From assembly GCF_006345805.1 (NCBI RefSeq), contig NC_043014.1:49352001-49416000 (forward strand): a stretch of 64,000 nt of DNA. The letters run 5' to 3'. This stretch comes from Octopus sinensis (taxonomy: Eukaryota). Each line of letters opens with the position of its first letter. Position 1 is the first letter of the stretch. Made by a program: the position numbers and the translations under genes. The notes below the pieces were generated by a model, which did no database searches, was not told the origin of the DNA, and was given only the letters and a program-made list of their open reading frames with translations. This document shows, in pieces, positions 25,901 to 39,415 of the stretch.

Positions 25901-27075
25901 TCAAGGAAAGAGATTTAAATAAGTTACTTTGTTGTAAAGAGATATTTTTCCGGACATACTAACAATAATATTAAAAGTTGTAAAAAGAGATGCCACTACA
26001 ATCCCAAGCTGGCTAGAGCCTTGCGCATGGATTTGATAGATGGAAACAGAATGAAGCCCACTGTGTGTGTGTGTGTGTGTGCACATGCATGTGTGCACAT
26101 GCATGTGTGCATGCATATGTGTGTACATGTGCATGTGTGTATATGTGCATGCGTGTGAGTGTGTATACGTGTGTGTGCATACATACATGTGTGTGTATGT
26201 GTGCATGTGTTTGTGCATATGCAAGTGCGTGTGCTTGCATGCATGTGTGTGTGTGTGTGTGTGTGCATGTGTGTTTGCACACACGTGCATTTGCATGTGT
26301 ATGTGTGTGCATGTAATTGTGTTGTGCTTGTCCCCAACTCCACCACCACCACCACCTCTTGACAACAGGTATTGGTTTATTTACATCCCTGTTGCACAAG
26401 CGACCAATAAAATAAGTACCAGACTCAAAATTTAGTCCTGAGGGCAGCGGCAGCAGTGGTGATGTGGGTGGTGATGGTGGTGTGGGTGGGGGAAATTTTA
26501 TTTGATTAAAACCCTTCAAGAGAGTGCTCCAGCCTGACCACAGTCCTATGACTGAGACAAGTAAAAGATAAAAGATACAAAATGCAACCATGATATTTAC
26601 TTACTCTTTTACTCTTTTACTTGTTTCAGTGATTTGACTGCGGCCATGCTGCAGCACCGCCTTTAGTCGGGCAAATCGACCCCGGGACTTATTCTTTGTA
26701 AGCCCAGTACTTATTCTATCGGTCTCTTTTGCCGAACCGCTAAGTGACGGGGACGTAAACACACCAGCATCGGTTGTCAAGCAATGCTAGGGGGACAAAC
26801 ACACACACATACACACATATACATATATATATACATATATACGACAGGCTTCTTTCAGTTTCCGTCTACCAAATCCACTCACAAGGCATTAGTCGGCCCG
26901 GGGCTATAGCAGAAGACACTTGCCCAAGATGCCACGCAGTGGGACTGAGCCCGGAACCATGGGGTTGGTTAGCAAGCTACTTACCACACCTTTTTTTTTT
27001 AAATTTTTGCTTTAAAAATTCACAAACTTCTAATTAACCCATTAATTAATTAATCAATTCATTTCTATATTTCAG

Positions 27076-27412
27076 AGCTGCTTTCCTTGCTAAAAAGCTG
27101 GTATCGCAGACCGAATTCAACGAAGATTTGTGTAGTGCCATTAGCCACGTATGGACTGTATTTCTGTTAATCATTTTTGCTGTTATTGTCACATTTACCT
27201 ACCTGATAGGAGAGCCGATCCACTGCCTGGCTCCTGCGAACTGGCTGGAACAAGAGGTAAACTATGCGAAAGCATACTGTTGGATTTCAAACACTTACTA
27301 TATTGGAATGAAGTTCCCCATTCCTATGGACCCCGGAACTCGCACGCAAGAAGAAATTACTTACTACCAGTGGGCACCTATGATTTTCCTTTTCATGGCA
27401 GCTCTTTTTAAG
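27076..27412 (+). CDS. Innexin (gap-junction protein), coding exon with TM1-EL1-TM2
   Basis: tttcag|a-AAFLAKKLVSQTEFNEDLCSAISHVWTVFLLIIFAVIVTFTYLIGEPIHCLAPANWLEQEVNYAKAYCWISNTYY...ITYYQWAPMIFLFMAALFK|gtgaac. Has the innexin PIxC, YCW, NTY and YYQW motifs. No usable in-frame ATG, so a short upstream exon is needed. The acceptor could be 27075/6 (CAG) or 27077/8 (GAG). Confidence 0.9.
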
Positions 27413-27456
27413 GTGAACCCTTTTACAGTTCTCTTTTCTTTGTTTTTTATTTTGTG

Positions 27457-27464
27457 ATATCATC

Positions 27465-27496
<32 letters not shown>

Positions 27497-27758
27497 CGTC
27501 ATCGTCGTCATCGTCATCATCATCATCATTGTCATTGTCATCATCATTATCATCACCATCATCACCACCACCATCATCATCATCATCATCAACTTCTTCA
27601 TCATCATCACCATCATCATAATCATCATCATCCTCATCATCATCTTCATCATCATCATCATCATCATCACCATCATCACCACCACCACCATCATCATCAT
27701 CATCTTCATCATCATCACCACCACCACCACCACCACCATCACCACCACCACCACCACC

Positions 27759-27792
<34 letters not shown>

Positions 27793-27895
27793 TCATCACC
27801 ACCACCACCACCACCACCATCACCACCACCACCACCACCACCACCACCACCACCACCACCACCACCACCACCACCATCATCATCATCATAATCAT
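27457..27895. repeat. (CAT/CAC)n microsatellite at the start of the innexin intron
   Basis: Direct reading. Confidence 0.95.
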
Positions 27896-28299
27896 TTAAC
27901 GTCTACTCTCCATGTTGGCATGGGTTGGGTGGTTTGACAGGTGCTAGCAAGGCTGGGAGTTGCACCAGGCTCCATTGTCTGTTTTGGTATGGCTTCTACA
28001 TCTGGATGCCCTTCCTAATGCCAACCGCCGTACAGAATGTACTGGGTGCTTTTACATTGCACCATTGCTTCTTACATTACACCGGCACCAGTGCCTCTTA
28101 TGTTCCACAAGCACCTGTTCTTTTTATGTAGCACTACCACTGACAGGATCCCCAAGTATATTGCAACTGGGAGGAGGAAATAGTATTACAAGACACTACA
28201 GAGGAATCTTATTATTAGACACTGCATAGGAATGACAACCAACTACTTCAAGGGAAGATATGCATAGCATAGGCACTCCTTCAGATGTTGGGACAATGA

Positions 28300-28930
28300 A
28301 AGCTCAACCTTCTTGTCTTTTTCATCACTTCATTTAGATACTCTGAGATCTCAATGACAATTCACCTATCATGAAACAATATACTCAATGCCCTGCCCTT
28401 ACTCATCTGGCGTTCACAATTGCCAGTTCTGCTTCCAAGAAAGACTACACATATGCCAATAATATCCATTAATAGAAACACTGACATTTCGTATTGTTGT
28501 CATGGTACAACAACTGCAGGAAGAGGGCCTTAGGCTCAATTCAGTGACTATGTGGAGCTGCTGGAGACTGTGATGAAACCTTGACTGGAAAGGGTTGCTG
28601 CTGGAAGGTCATATGTGTGGAAATAGGATTCAGTTCCTTGTCATATCTTCACAAAGAGTCAACAGCATTTGTTGGAGAATCTCTACAACTTCTTCATCCC
28701 CAATTTCTGGCCTGTTAATTCCCCCAGTTGTAATCCCATGGATTACTATTTGTGCAAATTGGCTGACAAAGACACCAACCATCCTGTCTGCAACACTGGA
28801 GCTGAGCTAGTGACCAAGATCAAGGACGTATTGAAAGGTCTTCCCAGGACATAGTAAGGGATGTGTGTGCCATGTTCAAGAGCTGTCTTGAGGCTGTGAT
28901 GAAGCAGAGGGCAGCTGCTTTGAGTAAACT
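28300..28930 (+). mobile_element. Tc1/mariner DD37D (maT-like) transposase relic in the innexin intron
   Basis: VWK*DSVPCH...FWPVNSPSCNPMDYY; exactly 37 residues between D (28627) and D (28741); in-frame stops. Confidence 0.8.
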
Positions 28931-29744
28931 GGTATTTCCCAGCCATAATTTAGTTGATTCTTTTTGAATTTTTAAAATACTTTTATTACTAGATTTGTTG
29001 TTTTTTGTTTGTTCCTTCTCAAGCCATACCTGACTCATAAGGGCCTGTTTCCCGGTTTCTTGGTATATAGGTTCCCCACCTGGACAGGACACCGGTCCGT
29101 CACAGGTGAGCTGCAAGATGCAGGAGGAAAGAGTGAGAGAAAGTTGCGGTGAAAGAGTCAGCAGAAGTTCGCCATTATCTTCTGCCGGAGCCGCGTGGAG
29201 CTTAGGTGTTTTGGCCCATAAACGCTCACATTGCCCGGTCTGAGATTCGAACCCGTGATCCCTCGACCGCGAGTCTGCTTCTCTAACCACTAGGCTATGT
29301 GCCTCCACTTTATTGCTAGATGGAATATTGTGTTCTCTTTTCCTTTTATGCAAACTCAAATTTAGCCCCCAACACCCTGTCTATGGATTTTAATCTGTTC
29401 TACTCCACTAAGTTACTGGTGGATAGTTTTGCAGAAAAATAATAGAAATATAAGAAAGAAACTTCATCATGAACATCATTTAATATCCACCTTCCATGAT
29501 GGCATAGGCTGGATGGTTTGGCAGAAGACTGCACCAGACTTCTGTGTCTGATTTGGCAGGGTTTTTAAGACTGGATGCCCTTCCTAGCCTCAACCATTCA
29601 GCAGAGTGGACAGAGTGCTTTTTACATGGCACAAGCACAAGCGACATCAGTTTTGGTATGGTTTTTACAGCTGGATGCCCTTTCAAACACTAACCACTTT
29701 AAAGTGTGGACTGGGTGCTTTTTACATGGCATCAGCACTTTATG

Positions 29745-30010
29745 TTCTGTTGTGTCTGGGGAGAGTCATTTTCTTTTTGTGCCTTATAATGTAACACACT
29801 CACCGGTAAAATTTCCACTTATTTCTTATTTTCATTTTCCTAAAATTTTCGTTTAATCTTGCAACCTTTTCAATAGTCTTGACTCAAGAGTCAAGACTAT
29901 TTTACCAGTGAGTGTGTTACATTATAAGGCACAAAAAGAAAATGTCTCTCCCCAGACACAACAGAATATGCTTCAACACACAAACTCATATAAAGAATCT
30001 TGCAAACCAA
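29745..30010. repeat. Foldback of a repeat family also at 23490-23690 and 46050-46200
   Basis: Perfect centre AATAGTCTTGACTC-AA-GAGTCAAGACTATT (29872-29901); the right arm has an internal deletion. Confidence 0.88.
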
Positions 30011-30102
30011 ATCCAAAAACGAAGTACTTTTGTATTTTTTGAAAGTCAATTTATTACTATTTTTATTTATTTATGTCTTGTTTTTTTTGTTTTTTTTTTT
30101 AG

Positions 30103-31071
30103 ACTCCTGATTGGGTATGGAGAGTCGTGAACTCAGTGTCTGGTATTAGATTAAAGAAAATCATTACTTTGGCTCAGAGCTCCCTGTTAGATTCGCCAGA
30201 AAAGTATAAGAAAAATATAAAAAACATTGCTTGTTTCATTGACATGTGGTTGGAAGGCTGCTGGAAACGGAAGTTGCACCGTGTAAAAACAATAAAAGGC
30301 AAAGATTTAAATTTTTCTTGGATCCCGTTTTCAAAAAAGGAAGGGACATATTTTATCAGCTTCTATGTCCTCGTAAAAATCTTGTACACTGTAAACATCA
30401 TTGGACAGTTTTTCTTATTGAATGCATTCCTCTCAGACACTTTTACACCCTTTGATATTTTTCGCACAGTTCCTTCAAAAGGATCTGTAAGGTTTCCTCG
30501 TGTGACTCTCTGTGATTTAGAATTAAGGCAGTTACAGAACATTCAACTCTACACTATCCAATGTGTTCTTCCAGTTAATATATTTAATGAAAAAATATTC
30601 ATTTTTCTTTGGTTTTGGTTGATCTTTGTTGCTGTGGCTACATGTGCAAATGTTTTACTGTGGATATATCGAGCGATTTTTTCCAAAGGTCAGAATAAAT
30701 ATGTTTTGCATCATTTGAGCCCCTCGAAAAGTATAATTATAAAATCTGATGGTAAGAAAATGTTCAAGCATTTCATAAATGATTATCTGCGGAGTGATGG
30801 CTTTTTTATATTACGAATGATTGCTAAGAACACAACAAATTTGGTTCTTGAAGATCTGTTAAAAGAATTGTGGCATTTGTACAACGAGAGAATTGATCAA
30901 AACTTTCAAGAACCAGGATGCAATACTTTCAATGATATCTTAAAAGAAAATTCGCCTGCACCACATATACTAAAATCTTTGATACAAAAAAAAAATATTA
31001 GTCCCCCCCCGATAAGGACTTCTCCAATCAAAGTCCTTTCCACGATCCCTGAAGAGCCATCTGAGAGCTAG
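30103..31071 (+). CDS. Innexin, terminal coding exon (TM3-EL2-TM4-C tail)
   Basis: poly-T ag|TPDWVWRVVNSVSG...YVLVKILYTVNIIGQFFLLNAFL...RFPRVTLCD...QCVLPVNIFNEKIFIFLWFW...DYLRSDGFFILRMI...-TAG; phase 0 joins the 27412 donor in frame. Confidence 0.95.
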   Translation, partial: TPDWVWRVVNSVSGIRLKKIITLAQSSLLDSPEKYKKNIKNIACFIDMWLEGCWKRKLHRVKTIKGKDLNFSWIPFSKKEGTYFISFYVLVKILYTVNIIGQFFLLNAFLSDTFTPFDIFRTVPSKGSVRFPRVTLCDLELRQLQNIQLYTIQCVLPVNIFNEKIFIFLWFWLIFVAVATCANVLLWIYRAIFSKGQNKYVLHHLSPSKSIIIKSDGKKMFKHFINDYLRSDGFFILRMIAKNTTNLVLEDLLKELWHLYNERIDQNFQEPGCNTFNDILKENSPAPHILKSLIQKKNISPPPIRTSPIKVLSTIPEEPSES

Positions 31072-31947
31072 CTAATATCTTCAGCAACCATTTCAATCTC
31101 CCTCTGTTTCTCTACTCTCTCTGAATCTGTCTAAATCTTTGATAATATATCATAGTATATCCTCTTTCACAGAAGGTAAAGCTTTCTATCTTTTGGGAAA
31201 TGAGATACAAAATCCCCCAATGTTGGGGAATATTCTTTTACATTTTATTTTCAACTATCGACCGATCACTTCATTTCTGACATATCAAAGGAGATAGAAA
31301 TGGTTGTTAGTAATCAGTGGTCACATACTCCATTGCCTTATCTCTCTCTTTCTCCTCTGTGAATACTTGTATAGCTTCTGTAGACCCATATCTTGTAAAA
31401 ACTTACTCTCTTATGTTATCCTTTACCATTGAAAACTTTAGTGAAAGCAATGTTGCTGCTTTGAGCATCAATAAATTCATTCACTGTGTCTCATGTGTGA
31501 ACCTTCTACATAAGTTGTTAATCTAGGGTCTACAACTGTCCTGCATTCCCTCTTGAGATCTTTAGGGATTAGTAGTCATCTTGATAATAATCTAATCTCA
31601 ACTATAGAAAGACATGTTCTTTAAAGGCTTATGTCTTACAAACAGACTTCAACCATACTGATTCTTGAACAATATGAGAATAAATCTCTCCAAGTGGCTA
31701 TAAATACCAGGCTTCATAATCTCTGATAATGCTTCAAGATGACCCCAATATATGCAATGACTCTCTAATTGAGACACATTTGTTCTTTTCTTTCTCCACA
31801 TTTTTTTTCTCTTCTCATTTTTTCCTTGTGAAAAAGAGCATTTGCCAAAAACATAAAAAGACTTTTCCTTCTATTTTTGCTGAGTATAAAACTAATACAC
31901 ACTGTTTTTTTTTATCACCTCTTCATGTTTTTTTTTATTCTTGCACC

Positions 31948-31978
<31 letters not shown>

Positions 31979-32147
31979 TTGCTGTGTGACAAGTAGCTTG
32001 CTTACGAACCACATAGTTCCAGGTTCAGTCCCACTGCATGGAACCTTGGGCAAGTGTGTTCAACTATAGCCTCAGGCCGACCAAAGCCTTGTGAGTGGAT
32101 GAGTGGATTTGGTAGACGGAAACTGAAAGAAGCCCGTCGTATATAGG

Positions 32148-32196
<49 letters not shown>

Positions 32197-32986
32197 GTTG
32201 TGTACCTGTGTTTGTCCCCCCAACATTGCTTGACAACTGATGCTGGTGTGTTTACGTCCCCTTCACTTAGCGGTTCGGCAAAAGAGACCAATAGAATAAG
32301 TACTAAGCTTACAAAGAATAAGTCCTGGGGTTGATTTGATTCGACTAAAGACGGTGCTCCAGCATGGCCGCAGTCAAATGACTGAAACAAGTAAAAGAGT
32401 AAAGAGAGTAATATATATATATATATTGTATATATATATATATATATATGACATGACCGACCAGATGTTGTTATATATGTGCTTTGCATGTTTTAGCTTC
32501 CAAATGATGCCAACCTGCTAACTAGGCAAGCAGGCTAACACTTCCCTTGACTGGAAGGTTATTCCATCATGGAGTAACCTATTTACAGCCCAAGTGGTCT
32601 GGGGCAATGTGAAATAAAAGATTTTGCCCAAGACCACAACATACTGTATGGTCTAGAAATCAAACCTATGATCTTGTGATCATGGGTGCAACACGCTGAC
32701 CACTAAGCCATGTGCTTTCACACACACACACACACACGTATATCTTTTACTTGTTTCAGTCATTTGAGTGTGGCCATGCTGGGGCACCGTCTTGAAAAGT
32801 TTTATTCAAGCAAATCAACCCCAGGACTTATTACTTTAAGCCTAGTACTTATTCTATCAATCTCCTTTGCTGATCCTTAAGTTATGGTGATGTAAACACA
32901 CTAACACCGGTTGTTATCTGGTGGTGGGGGGGGGGCAAGTACAGAGTACAGACACAAGGACACACACACAGATGTATATCTATCTA

Positions 32987-33027
<41 letters not shown>

Positions 33028-33631
33028 ATATATATATATATATATATGTATATGTATATGTATATATTTATATATGACAGGATTCTTTCAGTTTCCATCT
33101 ACCAAATCCATGCACAAAGCCTTGGTCAGCCTGAGCCTATAGCAGAAGATAGCAGGAGAGACTTGCCCAAGGTGCTATGCAATGGGACTGAACCAGGAAC
33201 CATGTGGTTGGGAAGTAAGCTCCTTACCACACAATCACAAGAATTACTTTTTTTTTATAATGGTTCTCTATTTTTAAGATTAGATGTTAACCAATTCTTC
33301 CGGTGATTAGAGCGTTTATTTATAAATATATATATATATGTGTGATCAGTAAATTTATGAAACCGGTATGCTTTTGAATCTCTTTAACAATTCACAATAA
33401 TGACTTTTATTACTTTTATTCCTACCTCAGTTTATATATATCGTTACTTTTCATAAAAAGCCTTTTTTTTTATTTCTAATGTGCATTTTCACTTATTTTT
33501 CTTCTTACTTTTCTCTTACATTTCCATGTGCAGTTTCTATTTTCTTTGTAACATATCTATTATATATATATACATATATATACATTATATATATATATAT
33601 ATATAATATATATATATGTATATATATGAGA

Positions 33632-33732
<101 letters not shown>

Positions 33733-33820
33733 CATACATACATACATACATACATACATACATACTACATACATATATACATACTACATACATACATACA
33801 CACACCCACACCACACCACA

Positions 33821-33866
<46 letters not shown>

Positions 33867-34156
33867 ATATATATATATATATATGTATATATAAAATAAT
33901 AATTATTATTTGAGGGAATATAAATCCAAACTTACAGGAAAAAATCTTTAGAAATACTAAATCAAATTCACACACTATAATATATATATATATATATAAA
34001 ATTAAACGTAATTTAATTGTTCATTTTGAATTGATAAAAGGTAGTTTTTTTTCTAATTTTATATATTTGGCCAGAATCAGATCGCCATGTTGAATCGCTA
34101 GCTTCTGCACGCATTTTTTTCCCTCCTTATTTCTCTCCGTGTTTCTTTTCTGTGTA

Positions 34157-34194
34157 TCTTTCTGTTGAAGAGCGTAGGCTCGAAACGTAAAAGA
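34157..34194 (+). ncRNA. Hammerhead-like motif with A6U core variant
   Basis: UCUUU CUGUUGA A GAGC-GUAG-GCUC GAAAC GUA AAAGA. Sister copies at 14845-14882 (-) and 60009-60046 (+). Confidence 0.6.
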
Positions 34195-34291
34195 CTTGTT
34201 TTATTTATATTCCTGAGCGCCATACTAATACAATTGTTTGTTTGTACTCCACCTGCCTTCGTCTTTTGTTTATTTTCATAAAGCTTCCCGT

Positions 34292-34377
<86 letters not shown>

Positions 34378-35892
34378 CATATACATATATATATATATAT
34401 TATATACATATTATTATATTATGTATATAAAGATATAATTATATTTTTAAAAATTAATGTTACCTGTATGGTCATTTTTAAGTGCTAGGTCTCTGATATA
34501 ATCATTCTATTTTATAAAATATATATAAAATATCTGATTTGGTGCTGAGTTTCATGCTTAATAGCAATTTTCAAACTCTTAATTGTTTTTTTTTTTTTAT
34601 TGGTACCAGTTCTTTTAATATAGCTTTAGTTTCTGCCTGGGTGTTGGTGGGGACATTTCAGACCCCCAAACACATATCTATACCCTTATGTAGACACGCA
34701 CACACACACACACTTAAAGCTATGCACATATATAAAGTACTGAATACAAGCTGAGATAGGTCAAAGCGGAAATAAGTAAATTAGAGTAAACATTTCAAAA
34801 ACAAGAGAATGAAAATTGAGCGTGAATTGTGTAATGAAAGGAATGATGTATTTTAAACAGTCGGGTACACATGGGTGTTTTTTTTTCTTTTTAGGAAGCT
34901 CAAAGGTGACTTTACGATCAGATTACAGTAACATATACATTGCCATGAAAGTAAAAACACAGATACTGTGACACACTCATATATATTTACACATACACAT
35001 ATAGATTCATATACACACCCATATAAAACATTAAATTCAAGTCAAACTACCAATAAGTAAACAGAATACAAAGAAGGAAAGAGAAATAGATACTCTTTAC
35101 TCTTTTACTTGTTTCTGTCATTTGACCGCGGCCATGCTGGAGCACCGCCTTTAATCGTGCAACTCAACCCCGGGACTTATTCTTTTGTAAGCCCAGTACT
35201 TATTCTATTGGTCTCTTTTGCCGAACCGCTAAGTAACGGGGACATAAACACACCAGCATCGGTTGTCAAGCAATGCTAGGGGGACAAACACAGACACACA
35301 AACATACACACCATATATATATAATATATATATATATATACATATATATACGACGGGATTCTTTCAGTTTCCGTCTACCAAATCCACTCACAAGGCTTTG
35401 GTCGGCCCGAGGTTATAGTAGAAGACACTTGCCCAAGATGCCACACAGTGAGACTGAACCCGAAACCATGTGGTTGGTAAACAAGCTACTTACCACACAG
35501 CCACTCCTATACTGTGTGCTGTTTCATGAAGTGAACTTTTAGGCAACAGTGATTCTCTTTACTCTTTTACTTGTTTCAGTCATTTGACTCAGGCATATTG
35601 GGACACGTAAGAAAGCCATTGATCCATGGTTCATTTGTGTGCCATGAGTTTTTTTGACAAATCTGAAAATACCAGGAATACACCGGAAATTTAAGTGTGC
35701 ATCATACGCTGCAATGATGCATACGTATTCCTTTGTGCAAAAGGACAAATTGAGCATCTGTCTTAGTTGTAAATTTATGTAAATATTCATCTATTTTTCA
35801 CACACATTTTATAATCTTTTAACCCTTTAACTGCTAAATTGAATTTCCTGGTTTCTAATAATGATGTTGAATATATACCTAAAAGTGATAAA

Positions 35893-36675
35893 GGCAGCGA
35901 GCTGGCAGAACCGTTAGCACACCGGGCAAAATGCGTAGCCGTATTTCGTCTGCCGTTACGTTGTGAGTTCAAATTCCGCCGAGGTCGACTTTGCCTTTCA
36001 TCCTTTTGGGGTCAATAAATTAAGTACCAGTTACGCACTGGGGTTGATGTAATCGACTTAATCCGTTTGTCTGTCCTTGTTTGTCCCCTCTGTGTTTAGC
36101 TCTTTGTGGGTAGTAAAGAAATAGGTATTTCGTCTGCCATTACGTTCTGTGTTCAAATTCCGCCGAGGTCGACTTTGCCTTTCATCCTTTTGGGGTCAAT
36201 AAATTAAGTACCAGTTACGCACTGGGGTTGATGTAATCGACTTAATCCGTTTGTCTGTCCTTGTTTGTCCCCTCTGTGTTTAGCTCTTTGTGGGTAGTAA
36301 AGAAATAGGTATTTCGTCTGCCATTACGTTCTGTGTTCAAATTCCGCCGAGGTCGACTTTGCCTTTCATCCTTTCGGGGTCAATGAATTAAGTACCAGTT
36401 ACGCACTGGGGTTGATGTAATCGACTTAATCCGTTTGTCTGTCCTTGTTTGTCCCTCTGTGTTTAGCTCTTTGTGGGTAGTAAAGAAATAGGTATTTCGT
36501 CTGCCATTACGTTCTGTGTTCAAATTCCACCGAGGTCGACTTTGCCTTTCATCCTTTTGGGGTCAATGAATTAAGTACCAGTTACGCACTGGGGTCGATG
36601 TAATCGACTTAATCCGTTTGTCTGTCCTTGTTTGTCCCCTCTGTGTTTAGCCCCTTGTGGATAGTAAAGAAATAT
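35893..36675 (+). repeat. Tandem array of four SINE-B bodies (periods 184, 184, 183 bp)
   Basis: GAGGTCGAC anchors at 35981, 36165, 36349 and 36532; only the first unit has the head. Confidence 0.92.
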
Positions 36676-37909
36676 ATACTAAAAGTGATGTTGTCTCAAT
36701 AAACTTGATGTATCTCAACTAAAAATGGTTTTAAACATGACTGAAACCAACAATAAAAGATAGGTTGTGTGGATGCATCTGATTACTGCAATAAAAAGGT
36801 GAATGACGTTTCTATAATCAATTTTTTTTTTTAAAAAAACATTTAAAAATCTATTTGTTGTTTTTTATATAATAAAAATTGAAAACAAAAAAAATTTGTT
36901 ATGATAAATAAATAAATTTTGTTTTTATATAATCAAATTTTTATCGAGTTTCTTACTCATTTTTAGCAACATAATTCCTGCTTTTTTGTTTTGCAGGGGT
37001 TGAAAAACATTGGAAATTGCTGGTTTAATTACATTGGAAAAAAAAAACATTTAATTGGTTGTCACACATGCACACACAGGCAGACAAACACACACACACA
37101 CACATACACACACACACACACATGAAGAGGCAGACATGCATAAACACATATACTGACAAACAGACATAGATACACACACACACACATGCACACGCATGCA
37201 CACACACAAACACACACACACATGCAGAAGGCACAAAATGTATCATTTTACATGCTTCAGTCCTTGGATAGCGGCCAAGCTGGAGTTCAAAAGTTTTCAG
37301 CCAGTCGTATCAATCCCAGTACTTATTCCAGTCTGCTCCTCATTTTATCATTATCTGTTTGTCAAACTGCTAAGTCCTGTGTTTAGGATAAAAAGAAACG
37401 TAAGACATTGTTTTTAGAATTTCAAGGAAATAAATTAATTTTAATGCAAATTTCTTAATTTTTTTACAATTTTTATACAAGAAAAATTTCTAAAAAGATG
37501 TGGTTGACATTAAGAAGGGTATCCAGCTGCAGAAACCATCCCAACACTGACAGTGGGGTTCTGCACAACCTCTGGGATTGTCAGTTTATGTCGAACCTAT
37601 TTCTTTACCACTCACAAGGGGCCAAACACAGAGAGGACAGACAAGGACATACAAACGGATTAAGCCGATTATATCGACCCCAGTGCGTAACTGGTACTTA
37701 TTTAATCGACCCTGAAAGGATGAAAGGCAAAGTCGACCTCGGCGGAATTTGAACTCAGAACGTAGCGACAGACGAAATACTGCTTAGCATTTCGCCCGGC
37801 GCGCTAACGTCTCTGCCAGCTCAAACCATCCAACCCATGCCAGCATGGAAAAAGAGACATTAAGTGATGATGATGATGATGATGATGATATTTTGCATTG
37901 TCGAAAATA

Positions 37910-38260
37910 GAAATGCAAAGATCCTATTGGATTTTATGATTCAGTGCGACCATGAGATAGAGAATAGGAAGCCAGACATAGTGTTAATTGAGAAAGAAAA
38001 CAAACTATGCTGACAACAAGGTATGCGATAAGGAAGAAAGAAAAGACGAGAGATAAGACAGGTTAGCTTGGGAAGTTAAGCAGTTGTGGTCGATGAAAAA
38101 GGTAGCAGTAGTACCAATAATTGTCGGAGCCCTGGGAACAGTGAGCAAAAATCTTGAGTAGTACGTGGAACAAATAAGGGCTGCAATAAGGGTGGAGCAC
38201 TTGCAGAAAACAGCACTGCTTGGAATGGCTCGAATACTCTGCAAGATGCTCGAAAAATAA
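37910..38260 (+). mobile_element. R4/Dong LINE 3' fragment (degenerate)
   Basis: KILLDFMIQCDHEIENRKPDIVLIEKENKLC...VPIIVGALGTVSKNLE*YVEQI...EHLQKTALLGMARILCKMLEK-stop. Confidence 0.8.
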
Positions 38261-38456
38261 GGGGTGTTACATTAGTTCACTGGTAGTGAATTAAGGTAAC
38301 GCCATAGTACATCTCCAGCGTTAGAAGCTGTGCAAAGGCAACAACAACAACAACAACAACAACAAATAATGATAAATGTCAATTCTCTATATACATTACC
38401 TCTGGAATCTGGTAAATTTTGTTTTCTGATATAAATGCTGCAACAAAAGTGTTTCT

Positions 38457-38519
38457 TCATAGATTGGGAAGAAGAGCGTTTAGAACTCTGACTATGATTT
38501 CATAGGTGAGGAGGCAGGC
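38457..38519 (-). CDS. SLC25A20: Carnitine/acylcarnitine carrier, terminal exon 9
   Basis: ctttttcataattccag|ACLLTYEIIVRVLNALLPNL-TGA; aligns with human [20 protein letters not shown]-stop; phase 0 fits exon 8. Confidence 0.93.
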   Translation of the reverse strand, partial: ACLLTYEIIVRVLNALLPNL

Positions 38520-38754
38520 CTGGAATTATGAAAAAGAAAATTAGACAAAACAAAAGAAATGAGAGTTGGGGAGCAAATGGAATTGAATATGGAAATATTA
38601 CGATTGGAAGTCGAACATGATGGTAATTGTGCAACGAAAGTTGTATAGTTCACACACACACACACACACCACACACACACAGCCAGGTCTAAAACTAACT
38701 AGTGTATTCATTATTTACATTTGATGGATATTTGTCCTCATCTTGTTTGTTGTT

Positions 38755-38800
38755 AACACAATGTTTCGGCTGATATACCCTCCAGCCTTCATCAGGTGTC
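38755..38800 (-). ncRNA. Hammerhead motif, same family as 63297, stem III mutated (ACGU to ACAU)
   Basis: Identical to 63297-63342 except for one CpG-type change; lies within the same ~150-bp repeat (38710-38855). Confidence 0.65.
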
Positions 38801-39025
38801 TTGGGAGAAATTTCAAACCTGGGTTCTCATTCCTAAGGTATTTTTCAATGTTTTATTTTGTAAGCCTAGTACTTATTCTATCAGTCTCTTTTGCCAAACC
38901 GCTAAGCTACGTGGACGTAAACACACCATCGGTTGCCAAGTGATGTTGGGGGGACAAACACAGACACACAACCACACACACACCCACACATATATATATA
39001 CATACGTGCAGGTGGCACGTATGTG

Positions 39026-39076
<51 letters not shown>

Positions 39077-39415
39077 TGTATATATAAGTATACGTGCAGG
39101 TGGCACGTAAAAAGCACCCACTACACTCACGGAGTGTTGGCGTTAGGAAGGGCATCCAGCTGTAGAAACATTGCCAGATTAGACTGGAGCCTGGTGCAGC
39201 CTTCTGGCTTCCCAGAACCCCGGGTAGAACCGTCCAACCCATGCTAGCATGGAGAACGGACGTTAAACGATGATGATGATGATGATGATATACGACAGGT
39301 TTCTTTCAGTTTCCGTCTACCAAATCCACTCACAAGTCTTAATAGAAGACACTTGCCCAAGGTGCCATGCAGTAGGACTGAACTTGGAACCATGTGGTTG
39401 GTAAGCAAGCTACTT

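Noticed and set aside
27076-31071. Idea that the innexin is nested in an intron of the carrier gene
   Set aside because: The carrier CDS ends at 38457, so the genes are convergent and about 7.4 kb apart at their stop codons.
35893-36675. CRISPR-like regular spacing here and at 51960-52860
   Set aside because: The units are tandem SINE bodies or microsatellite composites without unique spacers. The context is eukaryotic and there are no cas genes.
38400-38437. 38-nt AG/GT-bounded candidate exon on the minus strand
   Set aside because: It lies 20 nt downstream of the carrier stop codon, i.e. in the 3' UTR, and no partner exons were found.
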